64,000 bases of DNA. It comes from Nitrospirota bacterium. Lineage in GTDB: Bacteria; Nitrospinota_A; UBA7883; JACRGQ01. Under the pieces are notes generated by a model. The model had not been told where the DNA came from and searched no databases. It was given only the letters and a program-made list of their open reading frames with translations. Below are positions 19,577 to 30,700 of the stretch, piece after piece. How positions within the stretch are numbered: the stretch's first letter is position 1; each line of letters starts with the position of its first letter. Made by a program: the position numbers and the translations under genes. The stretch is from positions 4,500 to 68,499 of the forward strand of contig JAJRYD010000029.1 in assembly GCA_024275955.1 (NCBI GenBank), given 5' to 3'.

Positions 19577-19783
19577 CTAAGCGGGGATCTCTATGTCGCG
19601 TGTAGTTACTGTTGGCGACATTCCCTGCTCTTCGCGTGCGGCAATACATTCTTTTGCCGCTTCCATAATGTTTTTCATTGCTTCATCCATTGTTTTGCCC
19701 TGTGATATGCAACCGGGAATAGACGGACATTCGGCGATGAATATTCCATCCTCGTCTGTAACAATAGTAACCTGCAGTTTCAT
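19577..19783 (-). CDS. hicB: HicB-family antitoxin (short form, no DNA-binding domain)
   Basis: DEDGIFIAECPSIPGCISQGKTMDEAMKNI.EA. ATG at 19783 follows GGAG. Confidence 0.9.
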   Translation of the reverse strand: MKLQVTIVTDEDGIFIAECPSIPGCISQGKTMDEAMKNIMEAAKECIAAREEQGMSPTVTTRDIEIPA

Positions 19784-19823
19784 AAAAGCTCCAATATCGT
19801 ACAGTTTATGAACCTCTTGTAGC

Positions 19824-21116
19824 CTACCTCTTGTCCATAGGTATGTAGCTTCTTGTTGCCGCTCCATCGTACAGCTGTCTCGGCCTGCCGATTACCCGTT
19901 TGGGGTCTTGTATCATTTCCGCCCATTGCGCCATCCAGCCGACCATCCTGCCCATAGTAAAGACTACGGTAAACATGTTGACCGGAATTCTTATCGCCTT
20001 GTAGGTTATGCCGGAGTAGAAGTCTACATTAGGGAAAAGCTTTCTCTCAACGAAGTAATCGTCTTTCATCGCTATCTCTTCCAGCCGTAGGGCTATCTCT
20101 AACAGCGGGTCGTTGCCGTCGGTTTTTTCTATTATGTCTCTCGACATTTTTTTGATAAGTTTCGCGCGTGGGTCGTAGTTTTTGTAAACCCTATGTCCAA
20201 AACCCATCAGGCGGAAGGAATCGTCTTTGTTTTTTGCTTTGTCTATAAATTTAGGGATGTTTTTCACGTCGCCTATCTCTTCCAGCATAGTGAGTACAGC
20301 CTCGTTTGCTCCGCCGTGCGCCGGCCCCCAAAGCGCGCCGACACCTGCCGAAGCGGCCGCGAACGGGTTTGCTTCCGAAGAGCCGGCAAGCCGTACCGTC
20401 GATGTCGATGCGTTTTGCTCGTGGTCGGCATGGAGAATAAGTATAAGGTCTAGCGCTTTTGCATGTAGCGGGTCTACCTCGTACTTTTCGGCAGGTACAG
20501 AGAACATCATATGGAGGAAGTTCTCCGCGTAGCCTAGTTTGTTATCGGGGTAGTTGATAGGCTGTCCTATAGAGTATTTGTAGGCCGCCGCCGCTATCGT
20601 TGTTATTTTTGCTATCAGCCTGTGCGCCGAAATTTCCTGATGTTTCGGGTTATGTATCTCTAGCGAGTCGTGGTAAAAGGCGCTAAGCGCGCCGACCATG
20701 CCGACCATGATAGCCATAGGGTGGGCATCGCGCCTGAATCCGGCTAGGAATGATTTGAAGCCTTCGTGTACCATCGAGTGGCGGGTGATGATGCCGGCGA
20801 ATTTGTCGTACTCCTCTTTTGCGGGCAACTCTCCGTGGAGAAGAAGGTAGCAGACCTCTAGATAGTTGCTTTTTTCTGCCAGCTCTTCGATGCCGTATCC
20901 ACGATAGAGGAGTATTCCTTTTTCGCCGTCTATGAAAGTTATCTTGCTTTTGCAACTGGCGGTTGACTTAAAGCCGGGGTCGTATGTGAATATCCCCATT
21001 TTTGAGTAGAGCGTGCGTATATCAGCCACGGATGGGCCGTGAGTGGGGTGCAAGAGAGGAAATTCCTCGCTGGCGCCTGTGGCATTGTTGGTGATTGTTA
21101 TACTCTCTTTTCCCAT
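19824..21116 (-). CDS. gltA: Citrate synthase (type II-like)
   Basis: Motifs [36 protein letters not shown] and [17 protein letters not shown] precedes ATG 21116. Confidence 0.97.
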   Translation of the reverse strand: MGKESITITNNATGASEEFPLLHPTHGPSVADIRTLYSKMGIFTYDPGFKSTASCKSKITFIDGEKGILLYRGYGIEELAEKSNYLEVCYLLLHGELPAKEEYDKFAGIITRHSMVHEGFKSFLAGFRRDAHPMAIMVGMVGALSAFYHDSLEIHNPKHQEISAHRLIAKITTIAAAAYKYSIGQPINYPDNKLGYAENFLHMMFSVPAEKYEVDPLHAKALDLILILHADHEQNASTSTVRLAGSSEANPFAAASAGVGALWGPAHGGANEAVLTMLEEIGDVKNIPKFIDKAKNKDDSFRLMGFGHRVYKNYDPRAKLIKKMSRDIIEKTDGNDPLLEIALRLEEIAMKDDYFVERKLFPNVDFYSGITYKAIRIPVNMFTVVFTMGRMVGWMAQWAEMIQDPKRVIGRPRQLYDGAATRSYIPMDKR

Positions 21117-21311
21117 TATCGCCTCCTTAAACAAATTAAGACCACTACGACGGGCTGATTTCGCGTTTCTCGACTGACTTCATTCTAGTACGTTTTTGCG
21201 ATATCGCCTAGTATACCGTCGGCCTATTTTGCATAGGTTGACGGTTTGGGCTATTTGCAGTATCTTCGTAAATTAGCTTAATATTTTCCTCTTATTGGAG
21301 AGATGTAGAGA

Positions 21312-22328
21312 ATGATTGTTGTTATGAAGCCGGAAGCCCCGCAAGAGGCTGTAGATGAAGTAGTTAAAATTATTAAGGATATCGGTTATACCCCGCATCT
21401 CCTTGCTGGAGAGATACAGACGGTGATTGCTGCTGTTGGAGATGGAAGGGAAAAATCAAGGATCGAATCAATGGAATCGCTAAAGCATGTGGAAAAGGTA
21501 GTTCCTATCTTGAAGCCTTACAAGCTTACCTCGCGCGAGACGACACCTGCCGACAGTATAATCAAGGTAAGGGATGTGGAGATAGGCGGAAAGCATATCG
21601 CCGTGATGGCTGGCCCTTGTTCTGTTGAAGGAGAGGATCAGATTATCGGGGTAGCGAAGTCTGTCAAGGAGGCTGGAGCGAACATCCTTCGTGGCGGAGC
21701 TTTTAAGCCAAGAACCTCTCCATATTCCTTTCAAGGGATGGCTGAGGATGGTTTAAAGCTTCTTGAGAAGGCAAGAAACGAGACAGGCTTGCCTATAGTA
21801 ACCGAGGTACTCAACCCACGAGATCTGGAGTTGATATGCAAATATACCGATATCGTCCAGATAGGCGCGCGGAATATGCAGAACTTTTCGCTTCTAAAGG
21901 AAGTTGGGCTTATAGATAAGCCGATTCTTCTCAAAAGAGGCTTGGCAAACACTATAGACGAGTGGCTTATGTCTGCCGAATATATACTTGCTGGCGGAAA
22001 CCGGCAGGTAATCTTGTGCGAGAGAGGCATAAGGACATTTGAGACAGCAACAAGGAACACCCTAGATTTAAGCGCGGTGCCTGTTGTTAAGAGCAAAACT
22101 CATCTGCCGGTCATTATAGATCCTTCGCATGGTACCGGCTATTGGCAGTATGTGGGAGACCTTGCCAAGGCGGCTGTTGCTGTTGGCGCGGACGGCCTTA
22201 TGATAGAGGTTCATAACCAGCCGGAGATTGCGTTTTCGGATGGCGCGCAGTCGTTAAAGCCTAAAAAGTTTGCCACTCTTATGGACGAGCTGAGACCTAT
22301 TGCCAAGGCGGTAGGCAGGACTATTTAG
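21312..22328 (+). CDS. aroF: DAHP synthase (type I-beta, N-terminal ACT-like domain)
   Basis: Motifs AGPCSVE, FKPRTSPYSFQG, IGARNMQNF and DPSHGTG. Confidence 0.95.
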   Translation: MIVVMKPEAPQEAVDEVVKIIKDIGYTPHLLAGEIQTVIAAVGDGREKSRIESMESLKHVEKVVPILKPYKLTSRETTPADSIIKVRDVEIGGKHIAVMAGPCSVEGEDQIIGVAKSVKEAGANILRGGAFKPRTSPYSFQGMAEDGLKLLEKARNETGLPIVTEVLNPRDLELICKYTDIVQIGARNMQNFSLLKEVGLIDKPILLKRGLANTIDEWLMSAEYILAGGNRQVILCERGIRTFETATRNTLDLSAVPVVKSKTHLPVIIDPSHGTGYWQYVGDLAKAAVAVGADGLMIEVHNQPEIAFSDGAQSLKPKKFATLMDELRPIAKAVGRTI

Positions 22329-22359
22329 TATGGGTAACCTTGCCTAGCCTAAAAAGCTT

Positions 22360-24243
22360 TTGATGGAAGTCTCCCGGGTATTTGAGCCGGGGGGGCTACT
22401 CTCCCAGTCTCTTGAAGATTACGAGCCTCGGTCAGAACAGATAAAAATGGCAGAGGCTGTGAGCATCGCTATTGATTCCTGCCGAATGCTTGTTGTTGAA
22501 GCTGGAACCGGAACAGGTAAAACGCTTGCCTATCTTGTTCCGGCAATTCTAAGCGACCGGCAGGTTGTCATCTCTACAGCTACGAAGAACCTTCAAGAGC
22601 AGGTTTTTTTTAAAGATATTCCATACCTCAAAAAGCATCTTGGGGTAGATTTTTCCGCTATGATGATGAAGGGTCGTTCCAACTATCTTTGCCCCCATAG
22701 GCTCGATAAGTTTTTACAAGGGAGCATGTTTACCAACGCTTCCGAGAAGAGACTGCTTGATAAAATTTTCAAGTGGTCCCAAAAAACAAAGACAGGCGAT
22801 AAGGCGGAACTTTTAGACCTTCCTGAGGGTAGCAGGCTATGGAGCCAGATATGTTCCACGCCAGATTTTTGCGACGGTTTAAAGTGTCCCCGCCAGACCG
22901 ACTGCTTTATCTCCAAGTTAAGAAAACAGTCGGAGGAATCGCAAATTATTGTTGTAAACCACCACCTCTTTTTTGCAGATTTGGCAATCAGGGATAAAGG
23001 ATTTACCGGAGTTTTGCCCGATTACGATGTGGCGATCTTTGACGAAGCGCATCAAGTGGAAGAGACGGCATCGCAGTACTTCGGTTTTTCAGTTACAAGC
23101 CATCGGATGGATGACCTTGTGCGGGATACGGTAAAGGAAGTTGACAAGCTTAAAAGCAAGGGCGAATTGATAAAGGATATAGACAACCTTGACACAAGGA
23201 TCAAAAATTTCTTTTACGGTTTTCATAAGGAAAGCGACAACAGGTTCAGCCTTTCCGAATTTCCTTTCGATATGGAGTCGGCCGAAATAGTTCTTACCTC
23301 TTTACTTGCCGTTGAGTCTAAGCTTTCTTCTTTAAAAAAGAGCGATGATACGCTCAAAGCTCTTGCATCCAGATATCTGATCATACATGACGAACTTGCG
23401 CGGCTTATAGCGTGTGAGGGGAGCGATTATATTTTCTGGGGCGAGACCAGAGGTAAATCGGTTTTCCTTTATGCTTCTAGTATTGATGTTTCTCCGATGC
23501 TAAAGAAGAGCCTTTACAGCAGATGCACCACGCTGTTTACCTCTGCCACACTCGCTTCTGCGGGCGAATTTGACTACTTTCGGTCGCGGCTCGGGCTAGA
23601 GGAGACAGACACGCTTCTTTTACCTTCACCTTTCGATTTTGAAAAACAGGTGAGCATTTATATCCCGAAACTGCCGGAGCCTAGCAGTGCCGCTTTTCTC
23701 GACGGTCTTTTAGATGAATCGCTAAAAGTGATTAATCTTGTAAAGGGTAAGACGCTTTTTCTTTTTACATCTTTTAGGAATATGCATGAGGTGAGAAGAA
23801 GGCTGGAGGGCAGACTGAAGTTTTCGATATTAACTCAAGGGGAGGCGCCGAGGCATATTTTGCTAGAGCAGTTTAGGAACGATATAGATTCGGTTTTACT
23901 CGCTACATCGAGCTTTTGGCAAGGCGTCGATGTGAGAGGGGAGGCACTCAGCTGTCTGATTATAGATAGGCTTCCTTTTGCTTCGCCGGGTGATCCTGTC
24001 ATGTCGGCCAGAATTGAAAGAATAGAGAAAAACGGCGGCAACCCGTTTCGCGACTATCAGCTTCCTTTTGCAGTGCTACTGCTCAAACAGGGACTCGGGA
24101 GGCTTATTAGGCACCGTAATGACAAAGGGATAATAATGATTGCTGACAATAGAATTACGACCAAGCGGTACGGCAAGAGCTTTCTCAAGTCGTTGCCGCC
24201 GGCACCTATAGTCAGCAGGTTTGAAGAGCTTGCTTGGGGCTAG
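22360..24243 (+). CDS. dinG: DinG/YoaA-family ATP-dependent helicase (Fe-S)
   Basis: EAGTGTGKT, a Cys cluster, DEAH, QGVDVRG and QGLGRLIR. Confidence 0.9.
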   Translation: MMEVSRVFEPGGLLSQSLEDYEPRSEQIKMAEAVSIAIDSCRMLVVEAGTGTGKTLAYLVPAILSDRQVVISTATKNLQEQVFFKDIPYLKKHLGVDFSAMMMKGRSNYLCPHRLDKFLQGSMFTNASEKRLLDKIFKWSQKTKTGDKAELLDLPEGSRLWSQICSTPDFCDGLKCPRQTDCFISKLRKQSEESQIIVVNHHLFFADLAIRDKGFTGVLPDYDVAIFDEAHQVEETASQYFGFSVTSHRMDDLVRDTVKEVDKLKSKGELIKDIDNLDTRIKNFFYGFHKESDNRFSLSEFPFDMESAEIVLTSLLAVESKLSSLKKSDDTLKALASRYLIIHDELARLIACEGSDYIFWGETRGKSVFLYASSIDVSPMLKKSLYSRCTTLFTSATLASAGEFDYFRSRLGLEETDTLLLPSPFDFEKQVSIYIPKLPEPSSAAFLDGLLDESLKVINLVKGKTLFLFTSFRNMHEVRRRLEGRLKFSILTQGEAPRHILLEQFRNDIDSVLLATSSFWQGVDVRGEALSCLIIDRLPFASPGDPVMSARIERIEKNGGNPFRDYQLPFAVLLLKQGLGRLIRHRNDKGIIMIADNRITTKRYGKSFLKSLPPAPIVSRFEELAWG

Positions 24244-24384
24244 TTTTGCTCCATCCCTGTAAATTAAAGTAATATATATAAATTTTTCAACTATTCCGGC
24301 CTGATATAAGGTAAACTCGTGGGCTGACGGGGATTTCCACTTTGGAGTTTAACTTACTGAAAATATAGCGTATTTGGGGTCTGA

Positions 24385-25242
24385 ATGAGCATTGAAAGAG
24401 CGGATGTAGTTAGTCAAATAGACAAGCTTCCGGCCTTTAACGCTACTGTGGCAAAGGTGATACAACTTTCAAACGATCCAAAATCCCAGCCGAAAGACCT
24501 TGTTCACGCAATCAGTATCGACCCTATATTGACGGCCGAGATTTTAAAGCTAATTAACTCCGCCTATTTCGGCGTTGCGACTCAGGTTGTTTCCCTTCAG
24601 CGGGCTGTGGTTATGCTTGGGTTGAACACTGTAAAAAATCTTGCTCTCAGCTCGTCTCTTATCTCCAATATAAAGATGCGCAACAACTTTCAATGGTTCA
24701 CCAGTGACGAGTTTTGGGAACATTCTCTTGGAACTGCTGTAGGTGCCAAGTTGGTGGCGGCTAGCAGGTCTGTGCCTATTGCGGAAAGGGAGGAATATTT
24801 TATCGCCGGACTGCTTCACGATATGGGTAAAATCGTATTTGTGCAGTATCATCACGAGGAGTATGCGAGAATTATGGATCCTGATTTCAGGCCTGGAGAA
24901 AGAAAGTCTAACCTAGAGGTGGAATCGTTTGGCGTGAATCATGCCGAGCTTGGCGGCCTTATGACCGAAAGCTGGAAGCTTCCCCAATCGCTTTGCGACT
25001 CAATAAAGGAGCATCACAGGCCGAGTTTTAACGGCGATTCGTCTGATATTGTAAAGGCGGCGGTGAGTCTTTCGGATTTTGTTTGCAATAAAAGACAGCT
25101 TGGGATAAAAAGCTATGTAGGGATGGAAGAGCCCGACCCGATGGTATGGGAGGTTCTTTCGCTTGATGAAGGCGACGTGGATGGCCTGTTTGCTAACCTT
25201 GACAAGGAAGTCGAGAAAGCAAAGGTCTTTTTAAGGCAGTAG
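24385..25242 (+). CDS. HDOD domain protein
   Basis: Motifs DPILTAEILKLINSAYFG, AVVMLG, FWEHS, GLLHDMGK and NHAELG..WKLP. Confidence 0.92.
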   Translation: MSIERADVVSQIDKLPAFNATVAKVIQLSNDPKSQPKDLVHAISIDPILTAEILKLINSAYFGVATQVVSLQRAVVMLGLNTVKNLALSSSLISNIKMRNNFQWFTSDEFWEHSLGTAVGAKLVAASRSVPIAEREEYFIAGLLHDMGKIVFVQYHHEEYARIMDPDFRPGERKSNLEVESFGVNHAELGGLMTESWKLPQSLCDSIKEHHRPSFNGDSSDIVKAAVSLSDFVCNKRQLGIKSYVGMEEPDPMVWEVLSLDEGDVDGLFANLDKEVEKAKVFLRQ

Positions 25243-25248
25243 GTTTGT

Positions 25249-26130
25249 ATGAAGCTTAGGTTTTGGGGAGTAAGAGGTTCTGTACCTACTCCGGGTCCTG
25301 ATACGGTTTATTTTGGCGGCAATACCTCTTGCCTACAGCTTACGGATAGCGATGAGCCTGTGGTAGTACTCGACGCGGGGACTGGAATAAGAGGTATCGG
25401 CCTAGACCTTGTAAGCAAGCATCCAGATAAAAAGGAAATACATCTCCTCTTTTCGCATACTCACTGGGATCATATTCAAGGGCTTCCGTTTTTCGCTCCG
25501 CTTTACATTCCGGGCTACAGTATTGACATTTATGGGCCGGTTCATTATGAAAAATCTCTCGAAGAGATACTCGACCGGCAGATGGAGTATACCTACTTTC
25601 CTGTTCGTGTGGCGGAGCTTCAGGCCAAAATCACATATCACGAATTGAAAGAGGAAGATTTTTCAATCGGAGGCTACAACTGCGCCTCAAAATATCTCAA
25701 TCATCCGGTGCTTTGTCTCGGATACAGGTTCAAAAAAGAGGGCAAATCGGTAATCTACTGCACCGACCACGAGCCTTATTACAACTACCTCGGCGAAGAT
25801 GATACAGGTGAGGAAATGGGGGCGATAATAGAAGAGCAAAACGGCCGTCTTGAAGATTTTGTTCGCGGTGCGGACCTCCTTGTGATGGATTCGCAATACA
25901 CAGAGGGAGAATACCGATCGCACCTCGGGTGGGGGCATAGCACCACAAAGCATACCATCGACCTTGTGCTGAAAACCGGCGTGAAGCGTTGTTCGCTTTT
26001 TCATCACGACCCCGACAGGAAAGACGATGACGAAAAGAAAATTATAGAGGGACTCCAAAAGCACCTTGATGAATCTCCAGACCTGATTGATATCTTCGGA
26101 GCTAGGGAAGGCATGGAAATTGACATTTAA
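25249..26130 (+). CDS. MBL-fold metallo-hydrolase (RNase Z-like / putative cyclic-nucleotide phosphodiesterase)
   Basis: Motifs WGVRGS.PTPG, GGNTSC, HTHWDHIQG, DSQY...GWGHS and FHHDP. Confidence 0.88.
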   Translation: MKLRFWGVRGSVPTPGPDTVYFGGNTSCLQLTDSDEPVVVLDAGTGIRGIGLDLVSKHPDKKEIHLLFSHTHWDHIQGLPFFAPLYIPGYSIDIYGPVHYEKSLEEILDRQMEYTYFPVRVAELQAKITYHELKEEDFSIGGYNCASKYLNHPVLCLGYRFKKEGKSVIYCTDHEPYYNYLGEDDTGEEMGAIIEEQNGRLEDFVRGADLLVMDSQYTEGEYRSHLGWGHSTTKHTIDLVLKTGVKRCSLFHHDPDRKDDDEKKIIEGLQKHLDESPDLIDIFGAREGMEIDI

Positions 26131-26149
26131 TTTTTTCGACTAGATTTTT

Positions 26150-26815
26150 ATGGCGTCGAATTTTAAAAGCGACCTGAGGAATCTTTTTTTCGCAGGCCTT
26201 CTCGTAACTCTGCCTCTGGTATTTACGGTATTTCTTCTTCATTTTCTTTTTGTCAGCCTTGACAACCTGCTTGGCCCCGGTGTCGCTATTCTTTTGAATA
26301 AGGTTGGCTACAATATAGACCCAGCTTTTAGGCTTCCAGGGTTAGGCATAGTCGCGCTTGTATTGCTGGTGCTTCTTGTGGGGATATTTGCCAGAAATAT
26401 ACTTGGCGAAAAGATAGTAAGCCTTTACGAGTCGATTCTTGTGCGAATACCATTCGCGAAAAGTATCTATGTAGGTGCCAAGCAGATTGTGGAGACTTTT
26501 GGTAAATCTATGGGCGATAAGTTTAACAAAGTGGTAATGATAGAATACCCGCGAAAAGGGATTTACGCGCTTGCTTTTACCACAAGCAAATCTTCCGGCG
26601 AGGTGGTGCGCAAAACAGGCAAGGAGATGACTAATGTTTTTCTTCCAACCACTCCTAATCCTACCTCCGGTTTTTTTCTGCTCATCCCGAATGAAGAGAT
26701 AATCGATCTTGATATGTCCGTGGAGGCCGGCATAAAGATGATTATTTCAGGCGGGCTGGTTACACCGCCCAACGGCGCAAAAGGGGAGCCGGAGAAGATT
26801 AAAAATGGCCAATGA
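26150..26815 (+). CDS. DUF502 membrane protein
   Basis: Two TM segments, RIPF..SIY, EYPRKG and FLPTTPNPTSGF. Confidence 0.9.
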   Translation: MASNFKSDLRNLFFAGLLVTLPLVFTVFLLHFLFVSLDNLLGPGVAILLNKVGYNIDPAFRLPGLGIVALVLLVLLVGIFARNILGEKIVSLYESILVRIPFAKSIYVGAKQIVETFGKSMGDKFNKVVMIEYPRKGIYALAFTTSKSSGEVVRKTGKEMTNVFLPTTPNPTSGFFLLIPNEEIIDLDMSVEAGIKMIISGGLVTPPNGAKGEPEKIKNGQ

Positions 26816-27155
26816 ACCGGAATTCGATAACAGAATTATTGAAAAACCTCTCACAAAAGACGAGCTTGAGAAGATGGCTAAAGGCCACAACGGAACAATA
26901 AAGCTAGTGGCAGATATTCAAAGGGAAAGAGTTGCCGCCGGCGCCAAGTGGCATAGCGGTTTGCGTAATCTTTTGGTCGCTGAAGGCTCAAATCCTGACG
27001 ATTGCTGGGGCGCCAAAATTGATATCAATTCAGGCGGGATAGTCTACGAATCGCAGATAAATAAAGAAAAACCGCAGCACAATGCGGTGGAGATAAAAGA
27101 CGACGCGGTTAGAAAAAAAATGAAGCTGTTTATAGAAAGGTTTTTCGTGCCTTAA
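26805..27155 (+). CDS. Hypothetical protein (DUF5674-like)
   Basis: IKLVADI...H...L..EGS...WGA...YESQIN...I.D..VR matches my recollection of DUF5674. Confidence 0.65.
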   Translation: MANEPEFDNRIIEKPLTKDELEKMAKGHNGTIKLVADIQRERVAAGAKWHSGLRNLLVAEGSNPDDCWGAKIDINSGGIVYESQINKEKPQHNAVEIKDDAVRKKMKLFIERFFVP

Positions 27156-27368
27156 GAGACTGTTTTCCAAGCTTGACAGATGTAACCGAGCGGAAAAGGC
27201 AGGCGACAGAAAATACCGCCGCGGAAAAAATGATATGCAGTTTGGCGATACTTGCGATCCTACCGAGCGGTAGTGCAGAAAGGATGCTTATCACTTTGCG
27301 GCGGGGTAGTCTTACTGCCTGCTTTCTTAGAGGAATTGCAAGTTTGTCTGGCATCTCTTTCAAATACC

Positions 27369-27530
27369 TCAAAGTTTTAAATCAATCCTGCCTGAGCTTG
27401 ATTTGGTACTGAAAATTTCCTTGGCCATCTTGGATGCTATCTCTCTCGACTTGACCTTGTATTTTTTGTCGGCTATCTCTTTGCGGAACTTCTCGACCAG
27501 CTCCTTGCGTATTCCGCTTACCGGCGGCAC
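27369..27530 (-). CDS. Small FlgM-like anti-sigma-28 domain protein (53 aa, not in ORF track)
   Basis: GTG start after a GGAGGG RBS. MPPVSGIRKELVEKFRKEIADKKYKVKSREIASKMAKEIF matches the FlgM core R.E.V......I....Y.V....IA.KM. Confidence 0.7.
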   Translation of the reverse strand: MPPVSGIRKELVEKFRKEIADKKYKVKSREIASKMAKEIFSTKSSSGRIDLKL

Positions 27531-27770
27531 TTAATTTCCCTCCAAAAAGAGATATCCCGGCAGGTTTTTACCTAATTCATCCAATACTTGCATAGATTTC
27601 TTATCGGGATTGCAGATATTTTTCATAAGGGTATAGTGATATAGGCTTTTAAAACAGCAAGTTAAGGCATTCTTCTGTGCTGGTTTTTCTGTTTTTCTTT
27701 TTTTGGAACGAGGTTTGCTCCTATCTTTGTTAAGTATAAAATATATAAGAACTTAAAACTGGATAGTGAT

Positions 27771-30700
27771 TTGACAAGAGAAAACAGTATCGACCCAGAT
27801 AGATATACAACCGGGCCGCCATCTTTAAACTCTGGCGGGCCTAGCGTTGTATCGGTCACAGGTACGGCTGGAGGAGCCGGGAAAACTACGTTGGCACTTT
27901 GCTCGGGGATAGCTGTAGCTTCGGCCGGGCATAGGGTGCTGGTGGTCGATTTAGGTTATTCCGGCGGCCGAATGCTTTCCCTGCTTGGGATGAGCCAGCC
28001 AGACCGAAACCTTCACAACTATTTTAAGAGATCCAAAACGCTTGAAGAGGTAATTATTTCGACCACTGTTCCGCACCTCTCTTTAATTCACGGTGGGGCA
28101 ATCTTGACCGATAGCTTTCAGGGAAAGCTTACCCGCATAAACCTTTTGAGGAACCTGAGGAAACTTCCGTTCGAGTTTATTTTTCTAGATCTCGGCATGT
28201 TGTGGAACAGCCAGAGGTCGGGGCTGTTTGCCTCATCGGATTACCGTATCGTAGTCGGCACGGAGGAAGAATCTACCTCCAGCGCGGTAGTACAGCTGGT
28301 TTCTTCTAACCTATTTTCAGAACTGGGTGACTATCCAAAGCTTACGAGAGAAGATAGGGAAAGCCTCGACGCTATTGAAAACAGATTTGCCTATAACCCA
28401 GATTTTTCCGTTTTGGGTGGTCAGTTGAAGGAGCAGGTACCACCACTAAAGGAAGAGTGGGAAAAGCTGTTTTCCGGCTATGAGGTAAATATTTTTTTAA
28501 ATAAGGTTTCCTCTCTTGATTACTTTAGGTTCTTAAAAATAGGCTACGAAGAATGTTTTAGAAATGCCTCGCTTAGCGGCTACCGCTTGCTACCGATTCC
28601 GAACTGTCTTTCATTTCCAGAAGATCTTTCCGCAATTTTGAACAGCTCGTTTTTTGCCGCTTGCCGCGGGTGGATTGTAGACCTTTTGGGGCTTGGTGGC
28701 AGGGAAAACGAAGATATTGAAGTGATTTTTTCTTCGGCGCAAGAGCTTTTAAAGGGCGGCCGCGTTTCGGCCGAAATTGCCGGTAAGCCTGTTGTAAAAA
28801 ACTTTGGGAACGAAGTGGAAAAAATTGACCGTGAGATGGAGCTGGTTCGCGCGGAGAAATTTGAAGCGGTCAACCGTGCTGTTGAAAAGAGTATGTTCGA
28901 TCGTAAAAAAGAGGCATCGCATAAACTTGAACTGGAAGCGGAAGAAAAGCGGTATGCCCTTAATGACGAAGTCGAAAACCAGAGGCGCAGATTTCAGCTT
29001 GAGATGGAGAGGGAAGCCGACATCCTAAGAGCCGAAAGAGACGCAAAACTCTCTATGGAGTTCAACGAGAAATCGGCACAATTTACCGAAGAGCTTTCCT
29101 TGATACGCGCGAGCAGGATAAAGGATATGGAAAGCCAGCTGGAGAAATATTATCCAAGCGCTAGAGCCGCCTTTGAAAACGAGATGAAGATGAAAAGAAA
29201 AAGGCGGGAGATGGAGATTGAAGACGAACTTCGCCTGCTGAAGAAAAAACGGTTAAGCAAAATCGAAAATGAGCTGGCGGTAGAAGTAGATAAGGTTCGT
29301 GAAATGATATGGCAGGAACTTGAAACAAAACGCGAAACGAGAATGTCTCAGATTGACGACAGAATCCACCAGTACAGAGAGGAAAAACGCAAAGAGGTGG
29401 ATAATGAGTTTAAGAAAAAGAAAAGTTTTCAGATCTCTAAACTTGACAAAGAGATAAGCGTTCGAAGGGAGAACCTTCTTATGGATATCTTTAAGGAAGT
29501 GATGGAGACTACGTCACTTTTAGATGAAGAAGAATATCAAAGAAAGGCGAAGCTACAAAGCCGCCTAAACGCGGAACTTTCAGAAGAGAGAGAGGCGGCG
29601 AAAGCGCGAATGCGCAAGGAAGTAGATAACTACCGCGACGAAAAGACGGCTGAAATTCTAAATCAGATAAGCGCGTTTAAAAAAGAAAAGATGGAAATGT
29701 TCAAAGGAGAGGTAGACGAACTTCGCGAAAGGCTTAAGGAAGAGGCGACCGAAGAGGCAGAAGATGTACGAAAAAAGATAATAAGTAAAACTTCCGCGAT
29801 TCTGAATAGAGAACGTATTGAACGGATGGAGAAAGTAGATAGAGAAATTCGTGCAATAAGAACATCTAGAGAGTTGTCGCTCGACAAGGAGATGACAAAG
29901 CTTGAAGACAAAATGAGAGGGGAAGTACACCACAGGATTATCGAAGAGGAAAAAAGGCTTGTCTCTATGCTTGAAAAAACCTTTTCAGACAGAAAGAAGG
30001 AAAAGGAAAATATACTGCGCGGCTTTCTAAAAACCGAACGGACAAAGAAAATTACCGAGCTCAATGATGATGTTAAAAAATTAAAACAGACAATGCTGGA
30101 AAATATTTCCAGTGAGATGGAGGTTGTTAAGGCTCTTCAGGTTGAGAATGTCGAAACAGAGGTTACCAGTATAAGGGAGGCGCGGCACAAAGAACTTGAA
30201 AAGGGCCTGCAGGATGAAATAAGAGAGAGGACAAGAGCTATCTCTTACGCGATTCGCGGCAAGGAATCTAAGCTTCGCACTGAAATGGCGGAGGGGGTAT
30301 CTAATGAGGAGGTGCGGTTGCGGGCGTTGATACATGAAAACCTGAAAGTAGAATCGAACGAACTGCGCAGAAAGATGCTAAGCAAACTGGCTAGTCAGGA
30401 AGACGAGCTGAGAACGCAAAGCAGGGTTGAAGTTGATAATGAAAAAAGCCGGAGGATGGACGAGCTGGAAAGAGAAATTGATTTGAAGAAAAGAGATGGC
30501 GCCGAACTGCTTGAAGGCTGGAACAGTAGGAAGAAAGCGGAGATGCTTCGCGATGTTATAGCTGGTATTAGTGAGGAGGAAAAGCTAAGGCGCGAGCTTA
30601 TGTCCTCGGAATTAGAGTACGAGATGAAAAACGAAAGGCGCAAACGGATGATTCGATTACAGCGGCTGGAGGAAGAAGAAAGAAAAAAGCTAAAGTTGCT

